Shown: positions 19,144 to 28,774, numbered from the stretch's first letter. The stretch is DNA of 64,000 nt from Phycisphaeraceae bacterium (GCA_963674705.1 OY771506.1:4128001-4192000); one strand, 5' to 3'. Numbers and translations: made by a program. The notes: generated by a model not told the origin, from the sequence alone.

Positions 19144-19554
19144 ATGAACGACCAGCAAATTGATGTGACATCGAAGTCCCGTGTGCCGTATCCATATCAT
19201 GCCTGGCTTGCACCGCTCGCCGGTTATGCCGCCGCAGTGATCCTGAACATCGGCATGACCATGACTATCGGTGGCGAACAACAGCAATCACGGATTCTGC
19301 TCTTGATCGCTGGGCTTGTCCCATTATGTGGGTGGCTGGCCTGTCACGTGCTTGGTTATGTCAAGAGTATCCAATGCCTGATCGGTAAACGGCATCTGGC
19401 GCATGGCATCGTGGGACTAATTGTCAATACGTTGTCGGTGATATTCATGGTACTGATGATTATCGCCTTGCTCGTTGCACTTAACACCGCAAGGCAGAAT
19501 GCGGCACAGCAACAGGGCGCACAATCCCAGAATCAATACCAAACTTCACCGTAA
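19144..19554 (+). CDS. small membrane protein (about 3 TM)
   Basis: hydrophobic segments; HGIVGLIVN. Confidence 0.65.
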   Translation: MNDQQIDVTSKSRVPYPYHAWLAPLAGYAAAVILNIGMTMTIGGEQQQSRILLLIAGLVPLCGWLACHVLGYVKSIQCLIGKRHLAHGIVGLIVNTLSVIFMVLMIIALLVALNTARQNAAQQQGAQSQNQYQTSP

Positions 19555-19755
19555 CCGTTCGTGGTTTGCTGGATGTTAGAGCAAATTCGGCGCATGAAAA
19601 ACTCCCGGCGCTTGTGCATCGCACCGGGAGTAAGTAACGGTTGCGTCAGGTGAACGAAACCTGACGAACCTCTATAAACGACACCGATCGGTACAAAACG
19701 ATCGGGGGTTGTCACAACCCGCACGGACCCTCCCAGCCGGCGGGTGTGTACTAAA

Positions 19756-20646
19756 TCAACGGCGTCGGCCCAGCAGGCTTGCCAGCCCGGTGCCGATCAG
19801 CATCATCGTTGCTGGTTCCGGGATGACCGGGGATTCTGTCTGCTCATCACTGGCATCGAACCAGCCGTGGAACTGTTCGCCGAGGTCGGCGTAATCGTTC
19901 CAGGACAGGAAGCTGTCACCGGAGGCGTCGGGCAGGAAGAAACCGTCCGCGCCGTATTCCGGATTCAGAAGCGAGTAGGTGTGCAGCCAGATACCGATGG
20001 TCTCTTCGAAGCCCATGCCGAACCAACTGGCGTCGTCGCCATACATGGGGCTGTGGTCGACCAGCGGTGAGACATCGATCGTGAATGACAGAATACGTGT
20101 GTTGCTGTTATCCACGCTCGAGGCAGAAATGACCCAGCTTGAATCGTTGATCGATGAGATGATCGGGTCAGGCGTCTGATTGCCTGCCGCGAGTTGCCCA
20201 TCGAAGAACGAATCCGCACCGTTTTCGCCGTTGTAGGCGTAGGCGGATAGGATGGGGCTGGAGTCCGACATGGCATCGAAGTAGAGGACGGCGTATTCGC
20301 TGTCGATGCCCTTTGGATCGGGTCCGTCGTTGACGACCAGGAAGAAGCCTACGGGCAACTGTCCTGTGCCTGCCTCGGCTTCAAAAGAAGCGAGGAATGT
20401 CAACTGGTTGGTGTCGGTGTCGAACTCTGCGGTGACGCTGAGAACGGTCCCCGCCTCATCGCTGACATAGGTAGGACCGACGGTGCCGTCGAAGCCGTCA
20501 GGCCGATCCCAGTGGTAGCTATAGACGTCCGCGTTAGCGGAAGCGGTGCCAAGGAGTCCGGTTGTTAAAAGTGTCGATGCGGTGGTCGACAAAAAAACGC
20601 GAGCGCGCCTGTTGCGCGAACGCGTGCCGCTAAAGATACTGCCCAT
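19756..20646 (-). CDS. PEP-CTERM surface protein
   Basis: signal peptide; C-terminal IPEPATMMLIGTGLASLLGRRR. Confidence 0.9.
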   Translation of the reverse strand: MGSIFSGTRSRNRRARVFLSTTASTLLTTGLLGTASANADVYSYHWDRPDGFDGTVGPTYVSDEAGTVLSVTAEFDTDTNQLTFLASFEAEAGTGQLPVGFFLVVNDGPDPKGIDSEYAVLYFDAMSDSSPILSAYAYNGENGADSFFDGQLAAGNQTPDPIISSINDSSWVISASSVDNSNTRILSFTIDVSPLVDHSPMYGDDASWFGMGFEETIGIWLHTYSLLNPEYGADGFFLPDASGDSFLSWNDYADLGEQFHGWFDASDEQTESPVIPEPATMMLIGTGLASLLGRRR

Positions 20647-20914
20647 CAGGACTTCTCCTTCACTCCACGCTAGAGAGCGTTCAGGTAAGAAGTCCCCTCC
20701 TATTACGTTGAGACAAGTATACCCCGGGAGGTCCGAAATGCACGCCCTAAAATCGCGCCAGAAGGCCCGAAAACTCTACAAAATGTATAAGTGTATGAAT
20801 GGATTGAGGATGTTAAAAAAAATAATTTCGTATGACCATCCGGGCGCGTTAAGCTGGGCAAGATAAGCAGGTAACAACCCTAACAGGATTGGCTTATGCT
20901 GCCCTCAAAAGGGC

Positions 20915-21820
20915 TCAGGATTTGAGCCAGGCATCGATCGCCTCGCGGAAGGCGCGGATGTGCTCGGGGGTGCTGCCGCAGCAGGCGCCGATGATGTTCA
21001 CGCCGGCATCCAGCAGGGGAACGACGCCCGCGACCATCTGCTGCGGCGTCTGGTCGTAGACGACGGTTGTACCTTCGAGCTTGGGCTGGCCGGCGTTGGG
21101 CTGGGCCATGATTGGCAGGTCGGTGACCTTGCGGTAGGCCTGGACGACCTTCAAAGCGTTGGGCATATCCATGCCGCTGCCGCAGTTCAAAGCGACGATA
21201 TCGACGCCTTTTTCAGCCATGAACTTCGCAGCTGACTCGGGGTCGACTCCCATCATCGTGCGCAGCGACCCGCCATCGGGTGAAACGTCATACGCCATCG
21301 ATCCGATGACGCAGGGGGCAGCGGCGCTGCGGGCAGCTTCGATGCCGATCGCCAGCTCTTCCAGCGAGGTCTGTGTCTCGACGATCACCGCATCAGCACC
21401 GGCATCGACCAGTGCCTTGGCCTGCTCGTTAAAGGCAACACGGACGTCTTCTTCCGCGACGTCGCCATAGGGCTCCATGAAGCCGCCGAACGGACCAATG
21501 TCGCCGATGACGAAGCCGCCGGTATCACCGATGGCCTTACGTGCGATTTCGACTGCGGCCTTGTTGATCTCGGGGGCTCGGTTTCCGAGATTATGACCGG
21601 CCAGCGTGATCCGGCAGCCGCCGAAGGTGTTGGTGATGATGCAGTCGGCGCCGGATTCGACGTAGCGTTTTTGTATCTGGAGGACCTTGTCCGGGTCGGT
21701 CAGGTTCCACTGCTCGCCACACTGTCCCTGGGCCAGGCCCGCAGCCATGAGTTGGGTTCCCATCGCGCCGTCACCGAGCAGAGGGCGTTGCTTGATCGCT
21801 TCGAGCAGAGTCTGTGACAT
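20915..21820 (-). CDS. homocysteine S-methyltransferase family protein (stand-alone MetH Hcy-binding domain)
   Basis: DGAMGT, ITNTFG, GDIGP, ALNCG, PNAG.P, GACCGSTPEHI. Confidence 0.92.
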   Translation of the reverse strand: MSQTLLEAIKQRPLLGDGAMGTQLMAAGLAQGQCGEQWNLTDPDKVLQIQKRYVESGADCIITNTFGGCRITLAGHNLGNRAPEINKAAVEIARKAIGDTGGFVIGDIGPFGGFMEPYGDVAEEDVRVAFNEQAKALVDAGADAVIVETQTSLEELAIGIEAARSAAAPCVIGSMAYDVSPDGGSLRTMMGVDPESAAKFMAEKGVDIVALNCGSGMDMPNALKVVQAYRKVTDLPIMAQPNAGQPKLEGTTVVYDQTPQQMVAGVVPLLDAGVNIIGACCGSTPEHIRAFREAIDAWLKS

Positions 21821-21862
21821 GCGGATTTCCTCCGTGAATTGCTGGCACGAACAGGATTAGAA

Positions 21863-21935
21863 TGGCCCTGGTGGGATTCGAACCCACACTGTCGCGATTT
21901 TAAGTCGCGTGCCTCTGCCGTTGGGCTACAGGGCC
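21863..21935 (-). tRNA. tRNA-Leu(TAA) with short variable loop, CCA not encoded
   Basis: revcomp GGCCCTG...CGCGA-CTTAAAA-TCGCG-ACAGT-GTGGGTTCGAATCCCAC-CAGGGCC-A. Confidence 0.93.
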
Positions 21936-22276
21936 GACGCCGACAAGTGCTAAGTCTAACCTGAGGCGGGACCTGTCGCGAATAACCGGTGCAATACGTA
22001 TGCGGATACGCTTGTTGGCAGTTATGCGCTGATCACAACTGTGCTTACAGCGGGTCAGCATATCCGCAATCGTTGAACGGGTCCGTTTGTAACGATTATC
22101 TGCGGGCTTCTTGATTCAATATCCACCCATCTACTGGACGCCTCGCAGGGCCGGGGCAGACTTCACACATCTCTTGGCTGCACAAGCCCAGGGGATTAGT
22201 CCAGCAATAGTCGGCCGCGGCGTGTGCCAGGCCGACGGCGGGGCGGTGGGAAGAAAACAAGAGGCGGAGTAATACC

Positions 22277-22969
22277 ATGCAGACTTGGAAGATCGCAACA
22301 GCAGTTCTGGCCGGATGCCTTGTCGGTGCGGCAAGCACACAGGCGGCGAGTATTTCGTACCCCGGCACGGTCGTGGTGCAGGATGGGTATTACGACAACG
22401 TTGTTGAAACCTCCATCACCGACACATTGCCTTTGTATGGCCCGCCAACCGCGGGTGCCGGCAACAGCCTTGTTTATCACTTCTCGAGCTTCAGCGCCTC
22501 GGCAAGCGACAGCAACTCCGACATCACATCCGGCGCGCTGGAAATGACGTTTGATGCCGATCCGGGCCAGTACATCCAGAGTTTCTCTCTGACAGAATCC
22601 GGCACGTACACGATCAGCGGAACCGGCGAAGTCACCGCCGGCGGGACGCTGACGATCCGCTACTACGACGACGTGGCCGGTGAATTTGTCACGCTGGCCG
22701 ACCCGATCGAGATGTCCGTTGCATTCCCCATGGATACGCCCGACACGAACGGCACATGGGAAGGCTTTGCGCTGATCGACCTGAATGCGTTAGGCATCCA
22801 GACCTCGCACATCATCATCGCACTGGATAACAACCTGATCGCCGGTGCTGGGGCAGGTGGCAGTGCGACGATTACGAAAGACACGATGACCATTAACCCG
22901 GTCGTTCCCGAACCGGCAAGCATGGTGTTGATGGGACTGGGTTGCTTGATGATTTTGAGGAAGCGGTAG
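22277..22969 (+). CDS. PEP-CTERM surface protein
   Basis: signal peptide; VPEPASMVLMGLGCLMILRKR. Confidence 0.9.
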   Translation: MQTWKIATAVLAGCLVGAASTQAASISYPGTVVVQDGYYDNVVETSITDTLPLYGPPTAGAGNSLVYHFSSFSASASDSNSDITSGALEMTFDADPGQYIQSFSLTESGTYTISGTGEVTAGGTLTIRYYDDVAGEFVTLADPIEMSVAFPMDTPDTNGTWEGFALIDLNALGIQTSHIIIALDNNLIAGAGAGGSATITKDTMTINPVVPEPASMVLMGLGCLMILRKR

Positions 22970-23052
22970 TATCGGGTATCGGGTATCGGGTATCGGGTAT
23001 CGGGTATCGGGTATCGGGTATCGGGTATCGGGTATCGGGTATCGGGTATCGG
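22969..23052. repeat. perfect tandem repeat (GTATCGG)x12
   Basis: 84 bp of exact heptamer copies starting at the stop codon of the upstream gene. Confidence 0.97.
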
Positions 23053-23094
23053 AATGATCATATCTGTGATGTTTTCCGGCGGGATTTAAACTTG

Positions 23095-23230
23095 CAAAAA
23101 AACAACCGGCCGCGTGGGAGTGCGGCCGGTTGGTTTGTTTTTTAGGTTGTGTTATTCGGTTTTAGTGCTTGCCGCGCCGTAGCATGGCGAGGCCGCCGAG
23201 GCTCAGCAGCGCGAGGCTGGTGGGCTCGGG
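23095..23230. repeat. direct repeat copy 1: terminator plus PEP-CTERM-coding tail
   Basis: near-identical to 25703-25836. Confidence 0.92.
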
Positions 23231-25456
23231 GATCAGACTTACTTCAGCCGTAGGAGGTGTGCCAGCATTCCAATTATTCAACACAGCATCCATATCAGCA
23301 AGCCCAACGATACCATCACCCGAGGCATCACCTTGTGCATGATTGGTAACCCCCACAGTCGTGTTCCAGTTTGCTAGAACAAGGTCAAGGTCATCCAATC
23401 CCACATAACCATCATGGTCCATATCCCCAGCCAGCCATGTCACGAGCTCCAAGGAATAGGTGTTGTACACCAGTTCGAGCATGGCGGAATCATCGGCTGA
23501 TATCAGCCCGCTTGCAGAAGCGAATTCGCCCGTCAAGGTCCCGGTCCACGTCAGCACCTCATAGACGTCCGGATCCGAGGTACTAGGCGTGAAGCTGCCC
23601 AAATCAATCGCCAATTCACCATCCAGATCAACATCACCATAAATATCGACATCGTCGTAGTTGTCGACGTCGTCATCTGAGTCGGCAATGGTGATTTTTA
23701 GTGTACCTGTGCTCCCCTGAGTGTAACTACGACTGTCTGTACTGCTGCCAATTGTCAGGGTCCTCGCATCAGAGCCGACAATGTCAAGTATGCCATCATT
23801 GTCAACATATACTGCTAGATCAACACCATCACCATTAACTTCGACGGTAGCTCCGCTAGCTATTGCGATCGTTCCAAGTCCTGAAAAAGATATGTATTTA
23901 CCAATCGCCAACGAATCATTTATTACCAATTCACTACCAGATGCCAGAAGGGGATTGTTGTACCTAAAAATTGTTGACGCTTCATTAAGCTCAAGTATCG
24001 CATTACCGTACAAACGGATTCCAACCCCCGGGCTTCCAGAAGTATGAGCGGGTAAATGCAATCCCATGTCAAGTTCATTTTCCACATTCAGATTAACATA
24101 TACACCGTTTGCATATAATTCAGATGCCACTACAGATGCAGAAGATGATTCAAATGTCAATACGCCATCAATATCAAGAATTGTAGGCGTTGCGGACGAA
24201 ATCTCCAATGCATTCAGACTTCCTGCCAAATGAACGCGACCGCCCACGACAACGCCATCCACATGATTTGTTCTGAGGTTTACTTCTCCGCTAGATGCGA
24301 TTTCAAGATCGTCTAACTCTGAACCGGTAAAAGATGTTCTATTTACATTCATGGTACCAGCGACATATGTATCGTAACCAACATTCATTGTTACCCCTGT
24401 GTTGAAGCTCGTAACACTCTGGGAAGCAATACTGAGGTCGTGTATAGTTACTGAACCACCATTAAACGTTGCATTGTTCTCGAGATAAAGATCTCCCACA
24501 TCCATTGTGCCACTATTGTATGTTGTGACACCTTCTAATGTTAATGAATCTGATGTTTCGGCAGTATCGATCGTAACAATCCCATCGACCACCAAGTTAG
24601 ATTGAATAGTTGAATTATCTACAATATCAAGATCAGCATAACTAGAGAGTGTCAGAGTCCCACCTTGTATCTCAGCATCATCAAGGCTAATTGTGCCGGT
24701 CGCTGTCCACGATAATGGGTAGTAAAAGGTCGACTCATTTTGCATAGTAAGTGTGCCGTCGAATGTTCCGGAAGTCATCAAAGCGTTGTGTGTGAGTGAA
24801 TCTGAATACGAGATAATCACTTCACCACCACCTGAAGTCCCCCCAAGATCAAATGATCCGCTGTCAGCCCCCAAAACAGCATCACCTTTAACTTCAAATA
24901 TGCCATTATTTACAAAACTACTCGCCCCGCTATCCAAGAAAATGGTCCCACTGTAAGTATCAAGTGTACTATTTTGATCAATCGTTGCGGTTGACCCGAT
25001 ATGCAACTCTCCGCTGCTAAGATGCAACAAACCACCGTTTGTTAGTGATAACTGGCCCGTGGTAAGTGTCGAATTGGATGAATTAGAATATGTAGCATTA
25101 TCAATGCTAGTGAGATTTGTTACTGTTAAGTTGCCCGCTGATAAACTTGAACTACCAGCCAATGTCAGAGACTGGATTGTTCCCCCTCCATTAATCACCG
25201 AGGCTGGAACCAGATACGGGCTCACACCAATAATAACATCGTCATTTGAACCCGGAGTTCCGGGTAAGTACCAATTATCCGATCGAGTCCAATAATGCTC
25301 GTATGGAAAACTTGCAGTACCCATGAATCCTTTAGTCGCAGCCTGTGATGATGGCGCATCATACAGGCTTATGAATGCAATCGTCCCTACCGTAAATGCT
25401 TTGCCAAACATATAGAACTTGGAGTGCTCATTCATGCGCATGTGACATCCTTTCAC
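23162..25456 (-). CDS. large PEP-CTERM protein: beta-helix (autotransporter passenger-like) repeats plus dockerin-like EF-hand pair
   Basis: G/S/T/N/L-rich beta repeats; GDMDHDGYVGLDDLD..GDASGDGIVGLADMD; IPEPTSLALLSLGGLAMLRRGKH; start codon uncertain. Confidence 0.85.
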   Translation of the reverse strand: MKGCHMRMNEHSKFYMFGKAFTVGTIAFISLYDAPSSQAATKGFMGTASFPYEHYWTRSDNWYLPGTPGSNDDVIIGVSPYLVPASVINGGGTIQSLTLAGSSSLSAGNLTVTNLTSIDNATYSNSSNSTLTTGQLSLTNGGLLHLSSGELHIGSTATIDQNSTLDTYSGTIFLDSGASSFVNNGIFEVKGDAVLGADSGSFDLGGTSGGGEVIISYSDSLTHNALMTSGTFDGTLTMQNESTFYYPLSWTATGTISLDDAEIQGGTLTLSSYADLDIVDNSTIQSNLVVDGIVTIDTAETSDSLTLEGVTTYNSGTMDVGDLYLENNATFNGGSVTIHDLSIASQSVTSFNTGVTMNVGYDTYVAGTMNVNRTSFTGSELDDLEIASSGEVNLRTNHVDGVVVGGRVHLAGSLNALEISSATPTILDIDGVLTFESSSASVVASELYANGVYVNLNVENELDMGLHLPAHTSGSPGVGIRLYGNAILELNEASTIFRYNNPLLASGSELVINDSLAIGKYISFSGLGTIAIASGATVEVNGDGVDLAVYVDNDGILDIVGSDARTLTIGSSTDSRSYTQGSTGTLKITIADSDDDVDNYDDVDIYGDVDLDGELAIDLGSFTPSTSDPDVYEVLTWTGTLTGEFASASGLISADDSAMLELVYNTYSLELVTWLAGDMDHDGYVGLDDLDLVLANWNTTVGVTNHAQGDASGDGIVGLADMDAVLNNWNAGTPPTAEVSLIPEPTSLALLSLGGLAMLRRGKH

Positions 25457-25702
25457 ATTAAACAGGTGAAGAAACAGTACGGACGGACCTACCGCCCGAT
25501 GATGATTAACATTTTCTAGTTAGCGATGGTCCCTCGGCCCCATAGAATTTCCCCTGATTTGTTCAACTCAAAACACATTGTGTTTACGAGTGGAACAGTT
25601 GTTGTATTAATCGCAGACTATCAGATCAGTATCTCATGTCAAGAGAAAATGTGTTACTTGATCGTAAATAACTTTAACCACAAGATTGACTGGCGTATCG
25701 AA

Positions 25703-25836
25703 CAAAAAAAAACAACCGGCCGCGTGGGAGTGCGGCCGGCTGTTTTTTTAGGTTGTGTTATTCGATTTTAGTGCTTGCCGCGCCGGAGCATGGCGAGGCC
25801 GCCGAGGCTCAGCAGCGCGAGGCTGGTGGGTTCGGG
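25703..25836. repeat. direct repeat copy 2: terminator plus PEP-CTERM-coding tail
   Basis: near-identical to 23095-23230. Confidence 0.92.
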
Positions 25837-27075
25837 CAGGGCGGCTTGATTACGGAATTCGTCCGTGTAATCGATGCCGAAGGTGTTACCTAATCCCGTA
25901 TCGAAACCCCAGTATCCGACATCGCCGTCGGTACCCATGTCACCAAATCCCATGAGTGATCTGCCGGTCGCGCCATAGTTACTGACCGGGATATAACGGG
26001 GGACGGTGATCGTCGCATCAGCGGCCGCATCGGGGTCCGGATCGGGCTTCTCAACTTCAACGATCGTCCAGAGCGCGAGGTTCTGGCGGAAGTCACCACG
26101 GCCATTGAGCGCTTGGATATTTTGCCTGATCCAGTTGTAGTGAGTCGCGATCGGGGTGTAGTAAGCCTTACTGAAGTATTCGGAATTTGCGCGACTGGTC
26201 CACGAGGTGATGCCCGCCAAGACCTTGTCGCGAACAAAAAGCCCGCCGCCGCTGTCGCCGAGCGCGGGCATGTATTCGCCTGCCACAGGGATGTCATCCT
26301 CATCAATGTTGAACTCACCGGTAAACGGGTTGTAAATACTGCTGGGGAGACCAACAGTATCTAAGCTGCTGAGCCGATACGGCTCAACGTCGAAGTCGGT
26401 CACGAGCTGGTTAGCCATGCTGACGCCGGCCTTTTCAATCTTGTTGTAACCCGCAAGCTTCACGCCGAACAAACTGGTTACATCGGAGCCGTCCGCACCA
26501 TTGCCGGCAGCACCGTAGCCTACAATCGTGCCGACCTCGCCGGTCGCACGTGCAGAATTGCGGAGAAGCTTGGCTTTGATATTTTTGGCCCCTGTGATAC
26601 GCGTGTCTAACTCGATGATGGCAATGTCGTGTCCCTCTTCAAAGCCGCGAGAAGTAATCGCAGGGAAGGGGTTGTAATCTTCATCCAAACGGTTTCGGTT
26701 CACATCGCTAAAATCATAATTGTAGTGGCCCTTGTGAATCACCCAGCGGCTGGCGTGGTAAGACTTGCCTTTGACTTTCACTTCGATATTCGAGGCGGTG
26801 TCAATATTATGAGCAGCTGTGACCAGGAACCGACCACCTACCACCACACCGGATGCGATGCTGTAGCCGAAGCTTGTATTGTCGTTGTCGCCCTCATGCG
26901 TGATATTCAATTGAGCGACGCAGTCGTAATCGGGGCTCGATGCAATGTTCTGGTGCATGTTGTAATGAAAATCAGTCGCCATCGTCCCGGCCACAGCGGG
27001 GGCGGAAAGGGCTCCGGTTACGGACAAACTTGCGGCGATCGCTACGGCCTGAAGGCGGGTCGGTGTCAAGTTCAT
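25768..27075 (-). CDS. trypsin-like (S1) serine protease with PEP-CTERM anchor
   Basis: VTAAH, HDIAIIEL, GDSGGG triad motifs; signal peptide; LPEPTSLALLSLGGLAMLRRGKH. Confidence 0.88.
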   Translation of the reverse strand: MNLTPTRLQAVAIAASLSVTGALSAPAVAGTMATDFHYNMHQNIASSPDYDCVAQLNITHEGDNDNTSFGYSIASGVVVGGRFLVTAAHNIDTASNIEVKVKGKSYHASRWVIHKGHYNYDFSDVNRNRLDEDYNPFPAITSRGFEEGHDIAIIELDTRITGAKNIKAKLLRNSARATGEVGTIVGYGAAGNGADGSDVTSLFGVKLAGYNKIEKAGVSMANQLVTDFDVEPYRLSSLDTVGLPSSIYNPFTGEFNIDEDDIPVAGEYMPALGDSGGGLFVRDKVLAGITSWTSRANSEYFSKAYYTPIATHYNWIRQNIQALNGRGDFRQNLALWTIVEVEKPDPDPDAAADATITVPRYIPVSNYGATGRSLMGFGDMGTDGDVGYWGFDTGLGNTFGIDYTDEFRNQAALPEPTSLALLSLGGLAMLRRGKH

Positions 27076-27207
27076 GTTACTACTCCCTGAACTGAGTACT
27101 GGGTGGGCCCCCACTGGGTCAATTCACGTTTACTACTATGCACGGTTGTTCGCTTTTTAGGCAATGTAAGTTGTAACAGCACGCGGGTTTGCTGTCAAAG
27201 GGGAATG

Positions 27208-27317
27208 TCGGGGTTCGGGTATCGGGATTCGGGCATCGGAAAAACGGCAATGGTGGGCGATGACCCGGGTCAAAACTGCGATTCTTCCGATACCCGAGAC
27301 CCGAATCCCGGTACCCG
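27208..27317. repeat. heptamer (TCGGGTA-type) inverted-repeat hairpin downstream of argJ
   Basis: TCGGGGT TCGGGTA TCGGGAT TCGGGCA TCGG ... CCGATAC CCGAGAC CCGAATC CCGGTAC CCG. Confidence 0.85.
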
Positions 27318-27320
27318 TCC

Positions 27321-28577
27321 TCACGTCGTGTAATCCGCGTTAATGGCGATGTATTCTCGGCTTAGGTCACAGCCCAGCCAGGTGACGGCGGCGGTACCTC
27401 GGCTGAGGGTGAGTGTGAAGTGAACTTCTTTCTGTTTCATTGCCGTGTCGAGGCGCTTGGATTGGGCCGGGGTGAGGACGCGGGGGACGCCTTGATCGAA
27501 GACGGTAACGGCTTGTTTGCCGGGTTTTCCGATGGTCAATGAGAGTTTGTTGGGGGTGATGGGGACGCCGCAGTAGCCGGCGGCGGTGACGATACGGCCC
27601 CAGTTCGGGTCGCAGCCGTGCACGGCGGTCTTGACCAGCGGGGAATTAACTACCGCCTTGGCGACGCGGTCGGCCTCGGTTTCGCTGCGTGCTTCCTGAA
27701 CGTGAACATGGAAGATGCGTGTCGCACCTTCGCCATCCTTAACGATCTGGAAAGCAAGGTCTTTACAGAGTTTTGTAAGTTGCTCGGTGAAGGCGTCGTA
27801 GGCCTTGCCGGCGGGTTTATTGATCGGGCTGTTTTCAGCGAGGCCGGAGGCGAGGATGGCGACGGTGTCGCTGGGGCTGGTGTGCTGGTCGACGCTGATG
27901 CGGTTGAAGCTCGACACGGCGGCGGTGCGCAATGCTTGGGCAAGTGCGGCGGAACCGATCGCGGCGTCGGTGGTGATGAATACGAGCATGGTCGCGAGGT
28001 TGGGGGCGATCATGCCGGAGCCTTTGGCGATCCCGCCGATGCGGACGGTTTTGTCATCGAGATTGAAAGAGGTGCTTGCAGTCTTGGGGACAAGGTCGGT
28101 GGTCATGATGCCGCGTGCGGCGTCGGCATCCGCTTGTTTGCCGGAGGAGAGGCCTGCGACGAGTTGCTCGACACCTTTGGCGATCTTGTCCATCGGCAGT
28201 TGCGGGCCGATGACGCCGGTGGAGCTTGGGATGACGTCGCGATAGGACAGATCGATACCGATACCTGCAAGCTGCTGTGAAACAAGTTTACAGGTGGTGG
28301 TTGCGTTATCGATGCCTTCCTGGCCGGTCGCGTCATTGGCGACGCCGGCGTTGACGACGAAGGCCTGCGCGGTGCCGTTTCGCAGGTGTTTTTTGCCGAC
28401 CATGATGGGCGCGCCGGGCAAGCGGTTTTTCGTGAAAACCGCGGCGGCGGTGCATGGTTTTTCAGCGACGATCAAGGCCATATCCGGCTTGCCTGACGGC
28501 TTGATGCCACAGGTGGTGCCGGCGGCACGGAAGCCTTTGGGGAAGGTGACGGAGCGTGGTAGGGAGGGTGTTGGCAT
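27321..28577 (-). CDS. argJ: bifunctional ornithine acetyltransferase/N-acetylglutamate synthase
   Basis: STGVIG, IMTTD, KGSGMIAPNLATML autoprocessing site, DGEGAT, NSPLVKTA, NADYTT. Confidence 0.97.
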   Translation of the reverse strand: MPTPSLPRSVTFPKGFRAAGTTCGIKPSGKPDMALIVAEKPCTAAAVFTKNRLPGAPIMVGKKHLRNGTAQAFVVNAGVANDATGQEGIDNATTTCKLVSQQLAGIGIDLSYRDVIPSSTGVIGPQLPMDKIAKGVEQLVAGLSSGKQADADAARGIMTTDLVPKTASTSFNLDDKTVRIGGIAKGSGMIAPNLATMLVFITTDAAIGSAALAQALRTAAVSSFNRISVDQHTSPSDTVAILASGLAENSPINKPAGKAYDAFTEQLTKLCKDLAFQIVKDGEGATRIFHVHVQEARSETEADRVAKAVVNSPLVKTAVHGCDPNWGRIVTAAGYCGVPITPNKLSLTIGKPGKQAVTVFDQGVPRVLTPAQSKRLDTAMKQKEVHFTLTLSRGTAAVTWLGCDLSREYIAINADYTT

Positions 28578-28598
28578 GGTGGGATTTGTAGCGGAAAG

Positions 28599-28752
28599 GG
28601 TGGCTGGTGGCTAGTGGTTGGTGGGGGGATTGGGGATTGGGGATTGGAGAAGAGGGAGTGTTGAGGTTTGAGCGCTGAGGGATGCGGAAACTCATACCTC
28701 ATACTTCAGCGTTTGTTCTTCCCAAATCCCTAATCCCCAACCCCCAATCCCC
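28599..28752. repeat. nested heptamer hairpin (GGTGGCT, GGGGATT/AATCCCC, TGAGGNN/CTCATAC units)
   Basis: three heptamer types arranged as nested inverted arms between divergent argJ and fbaA. Confidence 0.8.
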
Positions 28753-28774
28753 ACCTCACCATCATCAGACCGGT

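Noticed and set aside
18753..19163. 136-aa ORF
   Set aside because: Spans the tRNA-Ala gene, its promoter and its terminator.
22000..22068. Long hairpin (TGCGGATA..TATCCGCA) upstream of tRNA-Leu
   Set aside because: Single occurrence with no recognisable RNA family; insufficient support.
22969..23052. Possible CRISPR array
   Set aside because: Contiguous 7-bp units without spacers; no cas genes.
22663..23145. ORFs with IPDTRYP / GIGYRVS peptide repeats
   Set aside because: Translations of the (GTATCGG)12 array; they overlap a real gene and are not credible proteins.
23095..25836. Diversity-generating retroelement TR/VR pair
   Set aside because: The few differences are not adenine-specific, and no reverse transcriptase is present.
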